Shown: one piece after another, positions 49,919 through 63,000 of the stretch
Numbering within the stretch: the first letter of the stretch is position 1
How the letters are laid out: every line of letters starts with the position of its first letter
Assembly (NCBI RefSeq): GCF_006345805.1
Contig: NC_043015.1
Coordinates: forward strand, 28,768,001-28,832,000
Source: Octopus sinensis
Taxonomy: Eukaryota
Direction: 5' to 3'
DNA length: 64,000 nt
Translations under genes and position numbers: made by a program
Notes under the pieces: model-generated
The model's input: only the letters and a program-made list of their open reading frames with translations
Database searches by the model: none
What the model was told of the DNA's origin: nothing

Positions 49919-51362
49919 ATGAACAGAAAATATTCTTTAGTAATCAGTAAATGTTGGATGTAATTTACGATTCATATTTTATAATATAAAGAAAAAATAT
50001 GCAAATTCTTAATCACATCAGTCTTATTCGCGTGGTCAAGGTAGTTTGCTTAAGAAGTTCGCTTCGCAACCTCGTGGATTCAGGTTCCCTTCTACCGCTG
50101 GTATTTCGGTCTTCTAATATATAACCTTGGACCGGTTATATTATGTTGTGAGTGAATTTGCTAGAAAGAAACAGCGAAAGATCGCCCCACGCGATGCGTG
50201 TGTGTGATTCTCCTCGCTTATCAACAAGTATTGGTGCTTATGTCCACATTACCTAGCAGTTCGACTAAAAGACCGATAAAGTACCAGGTTTAAATATAAA
50301 TTCTGGGTTTGATTAGGTCGAACAAATGCTTCAAGCCGGTGATGCCCCAGAATGACCGCAGTCCAACGGCTGAACTGAATTAGCTGTAAAATCTTCTTCT
50401 TAACTGATAATTTTCACTTTGATATCGAGTAACATGTTTCAATTATCAATTAAAATTAAATACGTGAAATTCGTTTATGTTTTCAACTATTTAAAATATC
50501 CATGATTTAGGTATAAATTATTTTACTAAGATACATTTACTAAATTATTTTCCTAAGATACATTAATATATATTTCAAAATAGATCTTTTGCCAAATATA
50601 TATACAATAAAAGATGTTTTCGAAAAATAAAAAAAAACTAGTTGGCAAATGTAAGATTCTAAGATACAGTTTAGGCAATATCTAGAATCATTAAATCGAT
50701 TTCTTTATTATCGTGTATAAGTTGGAGCGGGGGAGAAGCGACATGTGGTAAGAAAAGACAGTTCTCTGTTACCACGTTACCATACCTTAAGTCTACAGAG
50801 TAAATAAACAGATAGTATTTCGATTTTTATTTTAGAAATTCTTCTACATTGGATTCGGTCTGCTAGTTTGGTATACAAACAATTTTTTTTAAAAAGCATG
50901 GCCATCTGACACAGGTAAAAGAGACTGAAAAAAAAAAGTACTGAGGTCGAATTATTCAACAAAAGATACTTCAAGGCAGTGTCCCAGCGTGGCCGCAGTC
51001 TAATGACTGAAGCAAGTAAAAGGTAGATATTTGTAATTATTGAAGCATAGAGCAGGGTAACAAAATAAATAAGTTGTTTTCTTCCCGCTTGCGTGTTGCA
51101 GACGGGACAAGAAACCCACATCTTATTACTCAATTACGACCAGAACCATCTTAACAGTATTATGGGGCCCCCTGGTAAAGTATTGCACTAGGGCTCTTTC
51201 ATAGCACGTGCACTGCACATAGATTATCTTGGGGCCCCGACCGTACTAATTGCGATATAAGTGTGTGTGTGTGTGTTAAATAGAAGGGAGACTGGACCAA
51301 CAAAACTATTTGTAAAGTTCATAAAATCAAGCAGACACACACATATACATGCATATACACAA

Positions 51363-51399
<37 letters not shown>

Positions 51400-51404
<5 letters not shown>

Positions 51405-51592
51405 ACAAAGGGTAAAATTAATTAATTAAGAATTAATCAATAATTTCACCAAGTAGAATTCGGCATGAAAAAAGGACCATTTCACGGTAAACTTAAGTAA
51501 TACTTAATAATTAGGGTTCAGCAAAGATTTGCTTTACCACATACCGAAGTTTAGAAATAGCAGCCAAAAAACCTTAGCTATTTCTTCTACTT
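51400..51592. mobile_element. Short AT-rich interspersed repeat between (TA)n tracts (second copy at 59300)
   Basis: Near-identical to 59300-59483. Confidence 0.7.
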
Positions 51593-52752
51593 GTATATAT
51601 ATATATATATATATATACAAAGAGAGAGTTTAAGAGTTTAAATCCACATACAGACTCTTCATTTGGTTTTACCGAAGAACCATTATATTCTGTTAGCGAT
51701 CGATTATTTTAATTTCAATTTTTTTGCTTATAAAAATTTTCCAAAAATAAAAAATGCTTTAAATTCTGTAAGCATGTTATTTAAGTGATATATGTTCACA
51801 GATATAAGTACATATAAATTATAGTGTTTAGTATTTAAAAATAAACACAACTTAGATAGATACGTTGGTTTTTGTTTTCCCTTGAGAAATAAAGTTTGTG
51901 TTAGCAATTGAGCGGTGTCACCTACAACTTAAACAAGCTTCTGAAAACACTAATGACTTTTACACTTTCTAGTGTGTCGTCTCTAATACTTGCTTTAAAA
52001 ACTTCCTCTAAATGATGAAAATCTCGGACAATAAGCAAGCATCTCTATACTATTAATTTCATAAACAGACACAATGGTCTTAGACTTGTTTTTAATGTTA
52101 TTTAGAGGTGGAAAGAAATATTAGAAGTTGTGATGGTGTTCATAGCTTTCCTAAAAAATATTTAATTGTATAAAAGAAACGAAACTATGAAACAATTATA
52201 TCCAGGAATCGAAGCTTCGTCCCGAGTTCGGCTGGTCAGGAGCTTAAACTTTTAAGAGGATGGATAAGTTTGGTTTACATAGGCTTCGAACTCTAGGTTA
52301 AACTATGAAATTCATGGTTTTGTCTAATCTTTTGTTAACCAGAGGGTTAACATGGAAAACGGGTAACCAAAACCAGGTTCGAAGATTTACCGATTTATCG
52401 AACGAGAAAGTAATATATTAATTTAATGTGATTTAGTTTTTATTTTCCGATAACCGTAGTTATAAGGGGACATTAAACACTTTAGATAGAACAGCATATA
52501 GCTTTTTAGAATTATGTAAACGTTCCTCTAGATAGTGAGAGGGAGTGTTAATTAAAAAAAAAAAAAACCACGTGGTACCAAATTAACTAAAATCTTTGCG
52601 AGCAGAAAATTATTTTAGCTTTTCTTTTCATTAAGTAACTCGAAAACCTAAATTTATTATTTGTTAATTTGTATTTTATTATTACTAATTTATTATTGTC
52701 TCGTATACATAGTGTAATACTTTTAAAATTTTACTTATTATTGACCGTTTTA

Positions 52753-53175
52753 GGATCTTTTCGGTTTGACCGGCAGTTTTTTAAGATAATTTCCACGTAA
52801 CTAAACACTTTTAAACTTCGTATACTGGTAGAATGTGTTTATAAAACATCTTTTTCTCTTGGCTTTATTGAGAAAATTCTATAATTTGTAAGATATTTGT
52901 TGTTTTTTTTTCTTCAATTTCTGCAATTTCAACCAATCACTGACGTCTATTGAGGTAAAAAAAACACATTCTGTGCCGTATGAATATGTCCCTCGTTTAA
53001 GAAACAGATTGGGTTTATTTACATTTGTGAAGAAAAAAAGGTACCCTTCCCTCCACGCCTAGCCCTAACCCTAAAATAGATTGAAATGCAATAGATCGAT
53101 ACTAGGGTCATAATTATGGGTGACAATTTCATATGACACCGCTAGAAAAAACTGCCGTTCAAACCGAAAAGATCC
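52753..53175. mobile_element. TIR-bounded non-autonomous DNA element containing CCCTAA repeats
   Basis: ~30-bp TIRs GGATCTTTTCGGTTTGACCGGCAGTTTTTT / AAAAAACTGCCGTTCAAACCGAAAAGATCC. Confidence 0.75.
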
Positions 53176-53184
53176 GAAATTTGT

Positions 53185-53570
53185 AGAGAGCGAAAACAAG
53201 CTTCTTCTAAGCAAGCAACCATAGACTTGTTTTTTAAAAAGAAATCTACAAGTCCGTCTACGAGTGCTTGTGACTCGGCGATCGTGTCTACTGGTGATGG
53301 TGTGCGCGAGTCTAGTAATTGAGAACAATTATGATATTAATATTTTTTTTATTATAAATGACCTAGACGTTCTTTTTACTTCACATAAAATATATTTTAC
53401 ATTCTACTGTTGTTTAATTGCCGTTTATTTACGAGTATTACAAATTTTATTGGTAAAATATTTTTCTGGGAACGAATTACGACTTATAACATTGCTGCTA
53501 TGGGAAACTATTGCTCTGCTTTACGAGCGGTCTCCGGGAACAAATTAACTCGTATATCGAGGCTTTACTA
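53185..53570 (+). mobile_element. Tigger/pogo-like transposon 3' end
   Basis: SKQATIDLFFKK C-terminal motif, then a terminus ...AACTCGTATATCGAGGCTTTACTA|TA. Confidence 0.55.
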
Positions 53571-53576
53571 TATATA

Positions 53577-53650
<74 letters not shown>

Positions 53651-55014
53651 TATATTTATATATAGGTATAAAAATTATATATAAAGAAACAAGAACGTGA
53701 AATACACAAAGGGACGAACACAGAAAACAGACGGGTCATTCGAAGCCTTTAATCTTCAGTCAGAAACCGGATCATCATATCAAATTTCGGCTGATTAATT
53801 CTGATATTTGCTCCAACGCGGCCAGCTCCAAGGAAAAACTAAGCTGTGAGCATTAGATTTCTTGGAAAAAGGAACGAATGTAAACGCAACAGAGACGAAT
53901 ATAAATACAAAAAACGAAAACAAAAATAAAAATAAAAACAAGAATGGTTAATAACAGGATAACAGCAGGTGTCTTACGACTTTAGACAAATTGAGACAAA
54001 TTTAACTTATCTAGCAGGCGTGTTAGGAAAAAATTGCCTTTTCGGCATATATATATCTATATATATATATATATAAATCGAAGTGTACAGTATTATATAT
54101 ACATTCCGGGTGATCTTACCAATCGGTTTCGCACTATGAGTTCAACGGAGTGTTAGGTAACACTGTGAATATGTAACCCAGCGCTCTTCAGAGTCGATAA
54201 GATTGATTGTACGAATATATAATATTGTACACTTCAATTAATATACCCACTTTATTGACAAATGTAAGAGTGCATGGCTTATGGATTTTTAGACGGTATA
54301 ATCGCTGCTTTGAAGTTGAAACAATTTAATGATTATAGATATATATGCCTATAAAGCTTCGCCTGTGCTGACTTTAACAATATAGCCTTTAGTTTTCAGC
54401 AAAACTTGTAGAAATACGAGTTAGCAATATCCTCAGAAAAATAATCGATATATTCAAAGTGAAGAAGACTTTATTGTTTACAATGAACGTTATGTTTTTG
54501 CATGATCAACAATAATATAAAACCTATAACTTCCCACACCTGTTAATGTCAAACACTTTAGATACAGACGTAGTTGTGACTGTGTGGTAAGAAGCTTGCT
54601 TCCTAACCGCATGACTCTGGGTTCAGTCCCACAGCACGGCACCCCGGCCAAGTGTCTTCTACTGTGAGAGGATTTGGCATACGGAAACTGAAAGAAGCTC
54701 GTTTTATGTCTATGTATTGTGAGAATATGGTTGCGTGTATTTGTTATGTTTTTCTTCTTTTTTTCGTTTTTTTTCTACCAATTAGGGATAACTTCCCTTT
54801 TATTTAACGGTTTTTCATAGCGTCTGTTGCTATTAATAGCCGACGAGAATGAATCGTTGCTCTTCGCTCCGATATTCAAAACTCCGAGTACTATAATGAC
54901 AACTTACTGATTGTCCTAAATTGTGTGTTTGGGTTGGTCCCAACTACTGCTTGAAAAACGGTGTTGGTGCGTTTATGTCCCCATGACTAAGCAGTTCAGC
55001 AAAAGATACCGATA

Positions 55015-55405
55015 GGCGCAGGAGTGGCTGTGTGGTAAGTAGCTTGTTTACCAACCACATGGTTCCGGGTTCAGTCCCACTGCGTGGCATCTTGGGCAAG
55101 TGTCTTCTGCTATAGCCCCGGGCCGACCAAAGCCTTGTGAGTGGATTTGGTAGACGGAAACTGAAAGAAGCCTGTCGTATATATGTATATTTATATATAT
55201 ATGTATGTGTGTGTGTTTGTCCCCCTAGCATCGCTTGACAACCGATGCTGGTGTGTTTACGTCCCCGTCACTTTGCGGTTCGGCAAAAGAAGGCCGATAG
55301 AATAAGAACTGGGCTTACAAAGAATAAGTCCCGGGGTCGAGTTGCTCGACTAAAGGCGGTGCTCCAGCATGGCCGCAGTCAAATGACTGAAACAAGTAAA
55401 AGAGT
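55015..55405 (+). mobile_element. Young SINE family A inserted into an older family A tail
   Basis: Flanking direct repeat AAAAGA(T/G)ACCGATAG. Confidence 0.85.
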
Positions 55406-56159
55406 AAAAGAGACCGATAGAATAAGTACCAGGTTTAACAAAAGACAAAAAAGTACTGAGGTCGATTCATTCGACTAAAATTTCTTCAAGGCGATGCTCC
55501 AGCATGACCACAGTGTAATAATGACTGAAACAAGTAAAAGAATATAAGATAAGTAACGTTTATCGCCACATCAATTAGGCTGTTCCATAAGCAATCGACG
55601 TTCCTATGGTTTTTAACCCCTGGAGGAACTTCCTCCAGCTGGTTATCGATGCAATCCGCAGCCGATATATATTGCAAACAGCTCCAAACCGTTATCCCTT
55701 CGTCTGCTGTAAGATGGTAGGGGTTCGCTCCCTTGCTCGCAATATATATCTGGTGCAGACTGAGTGACACACACGTGCAAACACACTTTTTTTTAAAAAC
55801 TATTTCTGGAGAAAGTGAAATATCTCCTCATGTTCAGCTTGGAAAACTACATTAATGTACCAAATTTTAAAATTATCAATAAACTGAGTTTTCGAAAATT
55901 GGCAGCCAAACTGGAAAGATCGAGATCATTTGCTTATCTGATATAGTTTTTCTAAGGTAGTGAAATATTTGTAAAAAAAATATATTTTGTCAAAAATGCA
56001 GTAAAAACACCTCACTTTGCCCCCACCCCTATATAATATATGCATATACATTTTTTTATTCATTTCAGCCATGCAGCTGCGGTCATACTGGAGCGCCATG
56101 AATTTATACACGGTCACTCACACTCATACATATGCAGATAGATAGATAGATAGATAAAA

Positions 56160-56425
56160 AATTTAGGGTTAGGGTTAGGGGGGAGCTTTAGGGTTAGTTA
56201 CAGGATGTTGTCTCAGTTTTAGACGTAGCAAATGGTTTTAGCTCAAAAGAGAGCATAGCATTGGTTAAAATTCGAAAAATTAAACTACGTTAAACAAACA
56301 AATTACAATTTTCTCAAGAAAGCCAAGAGAAAAAAATGTTTTATTTTGACACATTCTACCAGTATACGAAGTTTTAAACTGTTTAGTTAACTAGAAATTG
56401 TCTGCCGTTCAAAAGGAAAAGATCC
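56160..56425. mobile_element. Partial inverted copy of the 52753 element, with TTAGGG repeats
   Basis: Homologous to the reverse complement of 52753-52900; ends GAAAAGATCC|TA. Confidence 0.65.
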
Positions 56426-56561
56426 TAAATATGTTTCTTTATTGGCCACACAGGGCTGAACACAGAGGGGACAAAATACAAAGTAGAGCTTTTCTTTTTG
56501 GGAAGGAAAAAAGAAGGGGGGGCAGAATTTCGATCAAAAGGGATCGTGGAAAAAAAGGTGG

Positions 56562-56629
<68 letters not shown>

Positions 56630-56633
56630 GTAT

Positions 56634-56705
<72 letters not shown>

Positions 56706-56747
56706 GTAGGTAGGTAGGTAGGAAGGAAGGTAGGTAGACAGACAGAC

Positions 56748-56828
<81 letters not shown>

Positions 56829-56835
56829 TAGAGAG
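56562..56835. repeat. (GATA)n microsatellite
   Basis: Directly visible. Confidence 0.95.
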
Positions 56836-57574
56836 ATTCACTCAGTCTCTCACCTACATGTTAATCATTTTCAAACGTTAAAACATACACATATTTTCTC
56901 TACTAAGAAACAACAGCTAAATCTCACTTATACCACAGTTTTTGAAAAGAATGAAAGCTCGCACAGGCGTGGTCCTAAACAGGATCTGGAAAAAAAACTA
57001 AACAAAACAAACATTTTTGACGATATGTCCATCCGGTTAGAGCTGACCTCCCAGAACAACGCATTTAGTTTTTACACGGTACCACGTGGGGAATCTATAC
57101 ATACGGTCGTTCAACATGCTAACAGTCGAAGGCGAAATGTCTTCAATCAGCACATCAAAGGCTACTCTCTTTTAAAAACTGGGTACATTGGATAACGTGA
57201 TCCTAGATATACGTTACATCTAAAATATACGGATAATCACTGCTTTTGATCTATGTCTGCCCGATTCGTAGCATATCTCATTCTATTACGTTCTAAATTG
57301 TAATTCACATATAGTCTTAAACACACATACTGTTTTGTCATTCTCGTGCACATACGCACACTAGAGTTCTTTTAGTGACGCATACATATTTTCTCTCTCC
57401 CACATAAACTATTTATCAATTCCCCTCCAACTCTTTCACCTATAGTCTGTCATACACTTAAGCGAAGTGTCTACTTGCTACAGGAGAGAGAACTGTTCAT
57501 ATGAGGGCATGTGACAATATATATATATTGTTGACTGACAGTCAAACACATTGTCACACACATATATATATATA

Positions 57575-57969
57575 CTAGCAGTATCGCCCGGCGTTGCTCG
57601 AGTTTGTAAGGGAAATAACTATATAAGCATTTTTAGAGAGTTATAGCAAAAAAATGCATTAAAAATGGAAAAAAAAATGATGGTAAATTTTTTTTTAATC
57701 GTTGACTCATCGTAGACATTTTTAGAGAGTTACTTCCCTTATATAATAGCGAAAAAATGCATTAAAATGGGAAAAAAATTATGGTAAATTTTTTTTTAAA
57801 TCGTAGACTCATCGTAGACGCGCGCTAATACCCAGAAGGGCTCGATATGAATCACGACTATAAGATACCCGGTTTTGGTTACACTGCACCGCAAAATGTG
57901 GGAGTAGTTAGGAATCTAAATCGTAGGAGACAGACAGACACACAACCTTACTTTTATATATAAAGAAGA
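57575..57969 (-). mobile_element. Non-autonomous Helitron, second type
   Basis: A|TCTTCTTTATATAT 5' end; same 3' end GCAACGCCGGGCGATACTGCTAG|T as 21559-21939; internal ~95-bp tandem duplication. Confidence 0.8.
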
Positions 57970-57973
57970 TATA

Positions 57974-58034
<61 letters not shown>

Positions 58035-58431
58035 TTTACTTGCTCCTCGTCGCTCACTTCATATTCGTACATGCAATGTCTGAAGCAACGCTTTTAATGA
58101 CATACGCACAGTCACGGAGTTTCAATCATTGCCTCTCCCTAAATTGTTCTGTGTGTGTGTCGAAAGTAGATAAGTCGATGTGCATTTGAAAACTTGATGC
58201 TTACTACACACACACACACACTTACACAGCGAATATCTCATGTTATACGTTGCGTGTTAATGGTACAAAACGCAAATCCATAGATTTTTCTGGTTTGATT
58301 TCGTCGACAGCTGTGTCTACTCTTCTACTCTCGAACCAGCGTTAGTACCACTCTTCACGGGTACTTTTTATCGACCGATCAACCAATCAAACAATCCACT
58401 AATGTGACTTCTTCGTTAACAGCAACAGCAG

Positions 58432-58812
58432 TGGAGGCGCAATGGCCCAATGGTTAGGGCAGCGGACTCGCGGTTTCGATTCCCAGACCGGGCGTTGTGT
58501 GTGTTTATTGAGCGAAAACACCTAAAGCTCCACGAGGCTCCGGCAGGGAGTAGTGGCGACCCCTGTTGTACTCTTTCGCTCCAACTTTCTCTCACTCTTT
58601 CTTCCTGTTTCTTGTCCCCGACTTCCTACGCAACCGCTGAGCCTGGATGCGCATTCATCCATCCATTCGTCGATGCTCTCGGTGTCGGGGGTTGACCTGC
58701 TTTCTCTTCTGCGGGTCTTACGAATAGCAAAGGACCACGTTTCGGACTTCTCCAACTACAGAGGCGAGATCTGGGACGAAGACCACTTCGCTCAACAGCA
58801 ACTGTAGCAGCG
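58432..58812 (+). mobile_element. SINE family D
   Basis: Homologue of 29525-29972. Confidence 0.8.
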
Positions 58813-59263
58813 CACAGCATCTCTTTCTTGACCAGGCAGTTGGGGGACTCTTTCACTTACCTACTCAAATACATTGGCATTACGAACTGTGATTATGTCA
58901 TCAATTTTTAGACGAACCATCTTCATCAACTTCGAGATAAACACAGCAAAAATAGTTACACCATGCTGGAGTATCACCTTCAAGGGGTTTTATATTTAAA
59001 GCCTGGTACTTATTCCATCCGTTTGTTTTGCTGAACCGTTAAGTTACAGGGACGTTAACATACCAACACCAGTTGTCAAATGGTGGTGGTGGACAAACAC
59101 AGACACAAATAAAGATTTTTGTTGTTTCTTTTTTCCATCGAAGAAAAAAAGTGTTTTGTTGATATACGGGCAAAACACACACACACACACACACAAACGT
59201 ATGCATACAAAAAACATGTATGTAATAGGTGTACACACATACATGTGTGTATGTGTGCATTGC

Positions 59264-59299
<36 letters not shown>

Positions 59300-59305
<6 letters not shown>

Positions 59306-59575
59306 ACAAAGGGTAAAATTAATTAATTAAGAAGTAATCAATAATTTCACCAAGTAGAATTCGGCATGAAAAAAGGACCATTTCATGGTAAACTTAAGTA
59401 ATACTAAATAATTGGGGTTCAGCAAAGATTTGCTTTACCACATACCGAAGTTTAGAAATAACAGCCAAAAAACGTTAGCTATTAGTAGAAGAAATAGCTA
59501 ACGTTTTTTGCCTGCTATTTCTAAACTTTGGTATGTGGTAAAGCAAATCTTTGCTGAACCCTAATTATTTAGTAT
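59300..59575. mobile_element. Copy of the 51400 repeat with fold-back palindrome
   Basis: Arms 59401-59483 and 59493-59575. Confidence 0.75.
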
Positions 59576-59711
59576 ATATATATATATAAACCAATTTCAA
59601 TGGATTTCGCCCAAATTTGACATCCATGTTACTTAGTTTGGTTTGAAATAAAGAACTTGATTAGCTTAATAATCCTAACTTAATCCCGGACAAAAATGGG
59701 TTATACTGCTA

Positions 59712-59751
<40 letters not shown>

Positions 59752-59752
<1 letters not shown>

Positions 59753-59952
59753 ATCCAAACAAGAAACACAGAAAAAAACAGCAACGCGAGGATGTGGAAC
59801 AATTAAAGTATTATTTGACGCTCAGGAAAGAAGGAAGGAGGGTTTAACGTTTCGAGCGGAGCTCTTCGTCGGAAACAAAGGAGAAGGAAAGATCCTGAGA
59901 AGGGAAGAGCGAGGAAAAAAATATATTTGCTGGTGGTGCTCAAGAGATCACA
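59752..59952 (-). mobile_element. Penelope-like short repeat with hammerhead-like motif (59842-59876)
   Basis: Same 35-nt motif as 22036-22070; between (TA)n tracts. Confidence 0.6.
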
Positions 59953-60648
59953 TATATATATATATATAAATTGAGATAGGGATTGTGAGTGCAACCCACC
60001 ATGGGATAACATACATCCAATATACTGCCAGTAAAGCACCCTGAAACAGCTGTAAGATGTAGTTTATATTTATATTTATATTTATTTTTATTCACTTATA
60101 CATATTGTACCTATTGTATCATATTACTCATTGATGTGCATTGTTTTGTTCTATACTATTATGTTTGACCTTGATGTTCATATGTAGTTGGTTAATAAAT
60201 TATGTGATTGGGTATTATCTGGTACTTGATTATTGATTAAGGTGTATTTCTCCATTTTCTTATTTTGTATATATATATATATATATATCTTACTTCGCTG
60301 TCCTCTGTCAACTGATATCCTTGTTATGCTGAGCTAGAAGAAATAACAGAAAGGAGGTCACCCACTGGTATTTGTTTGCAGTCATTGTGAGGCATGCAGC
60401 CAATCCCAGCTCAGAGTGTCTGTGTTGGTCATTGTAATCTAGAGTGGGTGTATTATCAGTCATTCAAAGTAGGTCAGCTATGAAATCGACGACCCAGATA
60501 GAGTTCATTTACCTGCATTTTAACAACTGCTCAAGCTTGACAACTATATGCTGCATGCAGCACAATTGCACAGTACTTTTCCACTAGTTTGAGTGTTTTC
60601 TACTTCACGCTGTGCAGTCATGATACAAAATATATACACATATATATA

Positions 60649-61046
60649 GGCGCAGGAGTGGCTGTGTGGTAAGTAGCTTGCTTACCAACCATATGGTTCA
60701 GGGTTCAGTCCCACTGCGTGGCATCTTGAGCATGTGTCTTCTGCTATAGCCCCGGGCCGACCAAAGCCTTGTGAGTGGATTTGGTAGACGGAAACTGAAA
60801 GAAGCCTGTCGTATATATGTATATATGTGTGTGTGTTTGTGTGTCTGTGTTTGTACCCCTAGCATTGCTTGACAACAGATGCTGGTGTGTTTACGTCCCC
60901 GTCACTTAGCGGTTCGGCAAAAGAGACCGATAGAATAAGTACTGGGCTTACAAAAGAATAAGTCCCCGGGTCGAGTTGCTCGATTAAAGGTGGTGCTCCA
61001 GCATGGCCGCAGTCAAATGACTGAAACAAGTAAAAGAGAAAAAGAG
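60649..61046 (+). mobile_element. SINE family A, full length
   Basis: Family A homology. Confidence 0.85.
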
Positions 61047-61096
61047 ATATATATATATAGGAGCAGGCATGGCTGTGTGTTAAGAAGATTGCTTCC

Positions 61097-61651
61097 TCGG
61101 AGGTCCTATGGGATAGTGATCTGTGCAGGATCATGAATTCCTTCCCGGAGGACTCCTATAAATTTATACCTGCGTGGTCCGGCCTGGAACCGGGTGCATG
61201 CTTCAACGAAGCAAGGATACTGGTCGGCCGGGGAACCTGAACGAGTCTAGAAAATGTGAAATATGTGACTTTTTGTGTGTTTTAAAAAAGAAAAAAAGAA
61301 TCCTGAACATTGTGTTGTTTAATTAAGAGGTTTATTGCCTCATTGTGTTTTTGGGGGGAAAAGGAAAAAGGAACATTGTTTTAGACCAGTTACGCACTGG
61401 GGTCGATATAATCAACTTAATCCGTTTGTCTGTTCTTGTTTGTCCTCTCTGTGTTTAGCCCCTTGTGGACAATAAAGAAATAGGTATTTCGCCTGCCGTT
61501 ACGTTCTGAGTTCAAATTCCGCCGAGGTTGACACTGCCTTTCATCCTGTCGGGGTCATTTTTGCATCACTATCATTCATACCATTAATGTCCATGACCAG
61601 CCCGCAAAGCTTCCATCTGTGTAATGCCCTTGTGGCAAATTATATGAAATA
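61097..61651 (+). mobile_element. 5'-truncated LINE-like insertion in a SINE head, 15-bp TSD
   Basis: TSD AAGAAGATTGCTTCC (61082-61096, 61652-61666); short open frame EVLWDSDLCRIMNSF...GRGT*; A-rich 3' end. Confidence 0.6.
61385..61556 (+). mobile_element. Circularly permuted SINE family B
   Basis: 3' half precedes 5' half, junction AAAGAAATA|GGTATTTC at 61482/61483. Confidence 0.8.
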
Positions 61652-62055
61652 AAGAAGATTGCTTCCCAACCACTGTGTGGCACCTTAGGCAAGTGTCTTC
61701 TACTATGAGGTGGGTGCTGAAAAGTTCTTAGCTTTGGGTAAAAGAAAATGTAGGAGGCTCAGTTAATTATGATTTTATTCAACATATTTGCCTTCTCAGA
61801 TTCACACACCTATTGCAGTGACCCCTCAGTTTTTCTAAGCCCTGTAAAAAGAATTTGGAAGATTGGGCCTCCAACCAGGTGTCGGTGGCAGTGATTACAT
61901 CTGAATTTGAGTGAAATTTTGTTCTCTTAAGATGTTTCTTCAGTTGTGGTAAGAGGTGATTATTGGAGGAGGCCAAGTCAGGAGAGGCCAAAGTTGTGTA
62001 TTTTCCATTGAGATTCATGTGCTGTCTGTGCTGGTGTATTGTCCTGCAAAAGCAG

Positions 62056-63000
62056 AGCACCATGGCTTAGCTTTCCACAGCACCATGGCTCAGATTTCCA
62101 CAGCACCATGGCTTACCTTTCCACAGCACCATGGCCCAACTTTCCACAGCACCATGGCCCAACTTTCCACAGCACTATGGCTCAGCTTTCTACAGCACCA
62201 TGGCTCAGCTTCCCACAGCACCATGGCTCAGCTTTCCACAGCACCATGGCTCAACTTTCCACAGCACCATGGCTTAGCTTTCCGCAGCACCATGGCTCAT
62301 CTTTCTACAGCACCATGGCTCAACTTTCCACAGCACCATGGCTCAACTTTCCACAGCACCATGGCTCAGCTTTCTACAGCACCATGGTTCAGCATTCCAC
62401 AGCACCATGGTTCAGCATTCCACAGCACCATGGCTCAGCTTCCCACAGTACCATGACTCATCTTTCCACAACACCATGGCTCAGCTTTCTACAGCACCAT
62501 GGCTCAGCTTTCCACAGCACCATGGCTCAGCTTCCCACAGTACCATGACTCATCTTTCCACAACACCATGGCTCAGCTTTCTACAGCACCATGGCTCAGC
62601 TTTCCACAGCACCATGACTCATCTTTCCACAACACCATGTCTCAGCTTTCCACAGCACCTTGGCTCAGCTTTCCACAACACCATGTTTCAGCTTTCCACA
62701 GCACCTTGGCTCAGCTTTCCACAGCACCATGGCTCAGCTTCCCACAGTACCATGACTCATCTTTCCACAACACCATGGCTCATCTTTCCACAGCACCATG
62801 GCTCAGCTTTCCACAGCACCATGGCTCAGCTTTCCACAGCACCATGGCTTAGCTTTCCACAGCACCTTGGCTCATCTTTCCACAACACCATGTCTCAGCT
62901 TTCCACAGCACCTTGGCTCATCTTTCCACAACACCATGGCTCAACTTTCCACAGCACCATGGCTTAGCTTTCCACAACACCATAGCTCAGCGTTCCACAG
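62056..63000. repeat. 23-bp minisatellite, about 41 copies (AGCACCATGGCTCAGCTTTCCAC)
   Basis: 945 bp / 23; the 23-aa periodicity of overlapping ORFs confirms the unit length. Confidence 0.95.

Noticed and set aside
55486-55770. 94-aa ORF in GC-richer unique sequence
   Set aside because: No recognisable domain or convincing splice sites; may be an old TE fragment
56160-56200. TTAGGG repeats as telomere or telomere healing site
   Set aside because: Only 3-4 imperfect units, embedded in a TIR element also seen at 52753
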